Part shown: piece by piece, positions 61,311-64,000 of the stretch
How positions within the stretch are numbered: the first letter of the stretch is position 1
How the letters are laid out: each line of letters opens with the position of its first letter
DNA from: Syntrophorhabdales bacterium
Lineage (GTDB): Bacteria > Desulfobacterota > Syntrophorhabdia > Syntrophorhabdales > WCHB1-27
Direction: 5' to 3'
Assembly (NCBI GenBank): GCA_035541455.1
Contig: DATKNH010000020.1
Span: 4,985-68,984 of the forward strand
Length of the DNA: 64,000 nt
Notes under the pieces: model-generated
What the model was told of the DNA's origin: nothing
Database searches by the model: none
What the model saw: only the letters and a program-made list of their open reading frames with translations
Program-made: the position numbers and the translations under genes

Positions 61311-61700
61311 ATGGGGACTACGTATAATCTATTGGATTTGGCGGGGCGGATTCTCATTTCGGTGATGTTTCTGGAATCCGGCGCAGGCAAAATCCTGAAA
61401 TACAATTCTACAGCTCACTACATGCAATCGCACGGCGTGCCGGCTATACTCCTGCCGCTGGTTATCGCGCTCGAGATAGTGGGGTCCATAGGCGTTATAC
61501 TGGGATACAAGACCCGCCTGTTCGCTTTTCTACTGGCAGGCTTTTGTATCCTGGCCCCACTTCTATTTCACTCAAACGTTGCTGACCAGACGCAGTGGCT
61601 CATGTTCATGAAGGACATAGCGATTGCCGGAGGATTCCTGGCGGTCTGTGCGAGAGGCGCCGGTGATTTTAGCATGGACAAAAGAGCTGCACATCGCTGA
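61311..61700 (+). CDS. DoxX-family membrane protein
   Basis: The ATG at 61311 follows GGGGGAGA. ..LLDLAGRILISVMFLESGAGKI.. and ..LVIALEIVGSIGVILGYKTRL.. are typical of DoxX. Confidence 0.85.
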   Translation: MGTTYNLLDLAGRILISVMFLESGAGKILKYNSTAHYMQSHGVPAILLPLVIALEIVGSIGVILGYKTRLFAFLLAGFCILAPLLFHSNVADQTQWLMFMKDIAIAGGFLAVCARGAGDFSMDKRAAHR

Positions 61701-61823
61701 GGAGCTCGTGTAGATAACACTGCAGCCGGGTACCCACTAACACCTTCCAATTTTTTGCTTGACAATATAATTTAATAAGTTAAAGATTACTTAATTCGCA
61801 CCTCTCCCAGCAGAAATGATGTG

Positions 61824-62366
61824 ATGGACATAGGCAAGAAAATAAGAGAATGCAGGCTGCAACGTAATCTCAACATACGCCAGCTTTCGGAACTGGTGGA
61901 ATGCACCACGTCGCTTATATCTCAGGTTGAGAGGGGTAAGGCGGATCCTTCCATCTCCACTCTTAAGAAAATTGCGAAAGCGCTAAACGTGAACATAGTT
62001 GATTTTTTTATGGTCCGTCACAACAAGGAAGATGTGATTACCCGCCCGGATGAGCGTGTTGATATACAACTCCGCCGATGGGATACCAGGATACAGTCGC
62101 TCGTCAAGAGCGTGAACGGAAGGAAAATGCAACCGTTTTACACGGTCATACAACCGGGTGGCGGTTCACACGGCATGTATAGCCATGAGGGCGAGGAGTT
62201 CGGGATCGTGATCGAGGGAGAGATGGAACTCCTGCTCGATGACAAGGTTCATGTTGTGCGCAAAAATGAGAGTTTCTATTTTTCATCACACGTGCCCCAC
62301 AACTGGAACAATAGAAGCAACAAAGACGCGGTAGTGATATGGGTCATCACCCCGCCGACGTTTTAA
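61824..62366 (+). CDS. XRE-family HTH regulator with a C-terminal cupin domain
   Basis: ..IRECRLQRNLNIRQLSELVECTTSLISQVERGKADPSISTLKKIAKAL.. followed by a cupin core ..HEGEEFGIVIEGEMEL......F.SHVPHNW.N. Confidence 0.85.
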   Translation: MDIGKKIRECRLQRNLNIRQLSELVECTTSLISQVERGKADPSISTLKKIAKALNVNIVDFFMVRHNKEDVITRPDERVDIQLRRWDTRIQSLVKSVNGRKMQPFYTVIQPGGGSHGMYSHEGEEFGIVIEGEMELLLDDKVHVVRKNESFYFSSHVPHNWNNRSNKDAVVIWVITPPTF

Positions 62367-62504
62367 GAGACAGATTCAAAATTTACTTCGGGAGGCAATC
62401 GCTGACTGCCAGCGGCCGACGCAAAGTGAAGCGGTGAGGCGCCGAAGGGGTGCAGATACTTTTCGCTGAACGCTGATGTCTATGCAGTTAACAAGGAGGT
62501 AGGA

Positions 62505-63998
62505 ATGGCACTTGTACCAGAGGTGGCGAAACACTACGGCAAATTAAAAAATTACATAGATGGCCAATGGGTGGAACCGGGGACCGGTCAGTATTTCGAG
62601 ACGACCAATCCGGCGACCGATGAAGTCATAGCAGAGGCCCCGATTGCATCGCGTGGTGACGTTGAGGCAGCGATTAGTTCGGCGCATGAGGCGTTTAACA
62701 AATGGCGGAACGTGCCTTTCAGGGACAGGGCCAAGATGGTCTTCACCCTGCGCGAAAAAGTAGTGGAAAAGACAGAGTGGCTGTCCCGCATACTTGTGCA
62801 GGACCATGGCTGTACGATAGACGAAGCGCGCGGCACCAATGCGAGGATTGTTGAGAATATTGAAGCCGCGGGAAGTTCGATGTACAGCTACTACAGGGGC
62901 GAGCACGTAGAGCAGCTGGCCACCGGTATCGACTGCTATCAGATCCGCGAGCCCGTAGGCGTTTTTCTGATCATCACGCCCGGCAATATCCCGACGCATG
63001 CGTGGTCGTCCTTTGTGCCGTATGCCCTCGCGTGCGGCTGCACCGTCATTGTCAAGCCGAGCCGCCAGGACCCGCTTGCTGCAGATTCGGTGATGAAGGT
63101 GACCGACGAGATCGGCCTGCCGCCTGGCGTGGTCAACCTCGTGCACATGGGCCCTGAGCGGGAATTGAACAAAGTCATACTCTCTGACCCGAGAGTGAAG
63201 GGTGTGGGGCTCATCGGGTCCACCAGAGTCGCGAAAGAGCTTTTCGAGTTGTGTGGACACTACGGGAAACGCTCGTCGCTCAATGGTAATGGCAAAAATT
63301 ACATTGTGGTGATGCCGGACGCTCCTGTTGATAATGCGGTCAACTATCTCCTGCGAGGCTGTTTTGGCATGTCGGGTCAGCGCTGCCTTGGTTCCGACAA
63401 TGTTGCGGTGATAGGGGATGACCGGCGCTACACCGAAGTCAGAGACGCTTTTGTCGCTGCATCAAAAGCGATGAAGATGGGCTACGGTCTGGACGAAACG
63501 GTGGAATTGGGACCATTGACCACCCTTCAGGGGAAGGAGAAAGTGGAGCTCTTCATCGAGTCCGGCATCAAAGCAGGAGCAAAGCTTACACTCGATGGCC
63601 GTCTCACAAAGGCCAAGGGCTACGAGAAAGGTTACTTTATTGCGCCCACCATCTTCGAGAATGTAACGCCGGACATGGACCCTCTGGGGAAAGAGGAGGC
63701 ATTCGGCCCGCTCGCCAACCTGATGCGTCCAAAAGACCTGGATGAGGTGATTGGCTGGATGAATAGCACCAACTACGGTCACTCTGCGTGTATCGTGACC
63801 GAGAGCGGGAAGGCCGCGCGCAAGTTTATAAGAGAGTGCGAAGTAGGCAACGTCGGCGTCAACGCCGGCATCCCACAGCCCTACTCCTTCTTCGGTCTCG
63901 GTTCAAAGAAGGACTCCTTTCTCGGTATGTCAAAATCGCGAATGGATTCAATAAAACTTTTTCTTGACGAAAAGACAGTCACGTTGCGGTGGGTGTAG
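62505..63998 (+). CDS. Aldehyde dehydrogenase, CoA-acylating methylmalonate-semialdehyde dehydrogenase-like
   Basis: AAGGAGG RBS. ..LKNYIDGQWVE..TNPATDEVI.., ..NGNGKNYIVVMPDA.. (MmsA-like rather than the ELGGK motif), and the catalytic Cys region ..MSGQRCLG.. Confidence 0.8.
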   Translation: MALVPEVAKHYGKLKNYIDGQWVEPGTGQYFETTNPATDEVIAEAPIASRGDVEAAISSAHEAFNKWRNVPFRDRAKMVFTLREKVVEKTEWLSRILVQDHGCTIDEARGTNARIVENIEAAGSSMYSYYRGEHVEQLATGIDCYQIREPVGVFLIITPGNIPTHAWSSFVPYALACGCTVIVKPSRQDPLAADSVMKVTDEIGLPPGVVNLVHMGPERELNKVILSDPRVKGVGLIGSTRVAKELFELCGHYGKRSSLNGNGKNYIVVMPDAPVDNAVNYLLRGCFGMSGQRCLGSDNVAVIGDDRRYTEVRDAFVAASKAMKMGYGLDETVELGPLTTLQGKEKVELFIESGIKAGAKLTLDGRLTKAKGYEKGYFIAPTIFENVTPDMDPLGKEEAFGPLANLMRPKDLDEVIGWMNSTNYGHSACIVTESGKAARKFIRECEVGNVGVNAGIPQPYSFFGLGSKKDSFLGMSKSRMDSIKLFLDEKTVTLRWV

Positions 63999-64000
63999 GT

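Noticed and set aside
1-64000. Search for CRISPR arrays, IS elements, transposases, integrases, phage genes, toxin-antitoxin pairs, retron/DGR reverse transcriptases and long direct or inverted repeats.
   Set aside because: None was recognised by eye in any frame or in the intergenic DNA. The only repeats seen were short regulatory-scale palindromes, homopolymer runs (T9 at 27252-27260, T9 at 45169-45177, T8 at 36772-36779) and the 9-bp duplication at 46807. A computational repeat search could still reveal dispersed repeats I cannot see.

Overview
Chromosomal segment of a diderm, probably strictly anaerobic bacterium. That assignment is inferred from the Hdr/Mvh/Etf gene content together with a BamA/Lpx outer-membrane operon. 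All calls come from reading the translated ORFs and the DNA by eye; no searches were run. No rRNA, CRISPR array, transposase, integrase or phage gene was seen. Layout: (i) 1-3811, a GlcD/GlcF/GlcE-like 2-hydroxyacid dehydrogenase operon. (ii) 3999-6844, a soluble Cys-rich PAS histidine kinase plus a sigma-54-dependent (NtrC-type) regulator. (iii) 6893-24673, the standout locus: a divergent acyl-CoA dehydrogenase, then a 14-gene co-directional string. The string encodes a CoA ligase, TRAP transporter, soluble HdrD-like protein, EtfBA, three HdrA paralogues (one carrying a GltD/NfnB-like NAD(P)H module), MvhD, an AsrA/HydB-like Fe-S protein and HdrCB. Sigma-54-type promoters face both ways in the divergent gap. 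(iv) 24877-40747, cspA followed by a long minus-strand housekeeping run: cheR, MTA salvage, Mut7-C, nth, bamA-skp-lpxD-fabZ-lpxA-oxidoreductase-lpxB-msbA-DUF374-waaA-mazG. The DUF374 gene is broken at an A9/T9 homopolymer. (v) 41028-44375, two-subunit class I fumarase, then inositol-3-phosphate synthase with a CDP-alcohol phosphatidyltransferase. (vi) 44528-50878, ispG, tRNA-Arg(ACG), purM, a hypothetical, NlpC/P60, an OYE/FadH-like reductase with ferredoxin, and a Cys-rich protein. (vii) 51021-59754, recCBD. (viii) 59876-63998, small accessory-looking genes (SLOG/Mo-carrier-like, secreted beta-domain protein, DoxX), an XRE-cupin regulator and an MmsA-like aldehyde dehydrogenase. The best candidate for an undescribed system is the sigma-54-controlled ACAD/ETF/Hdr locus, a putative soluble flavin-based electron-bifurcating or confurcating machine.
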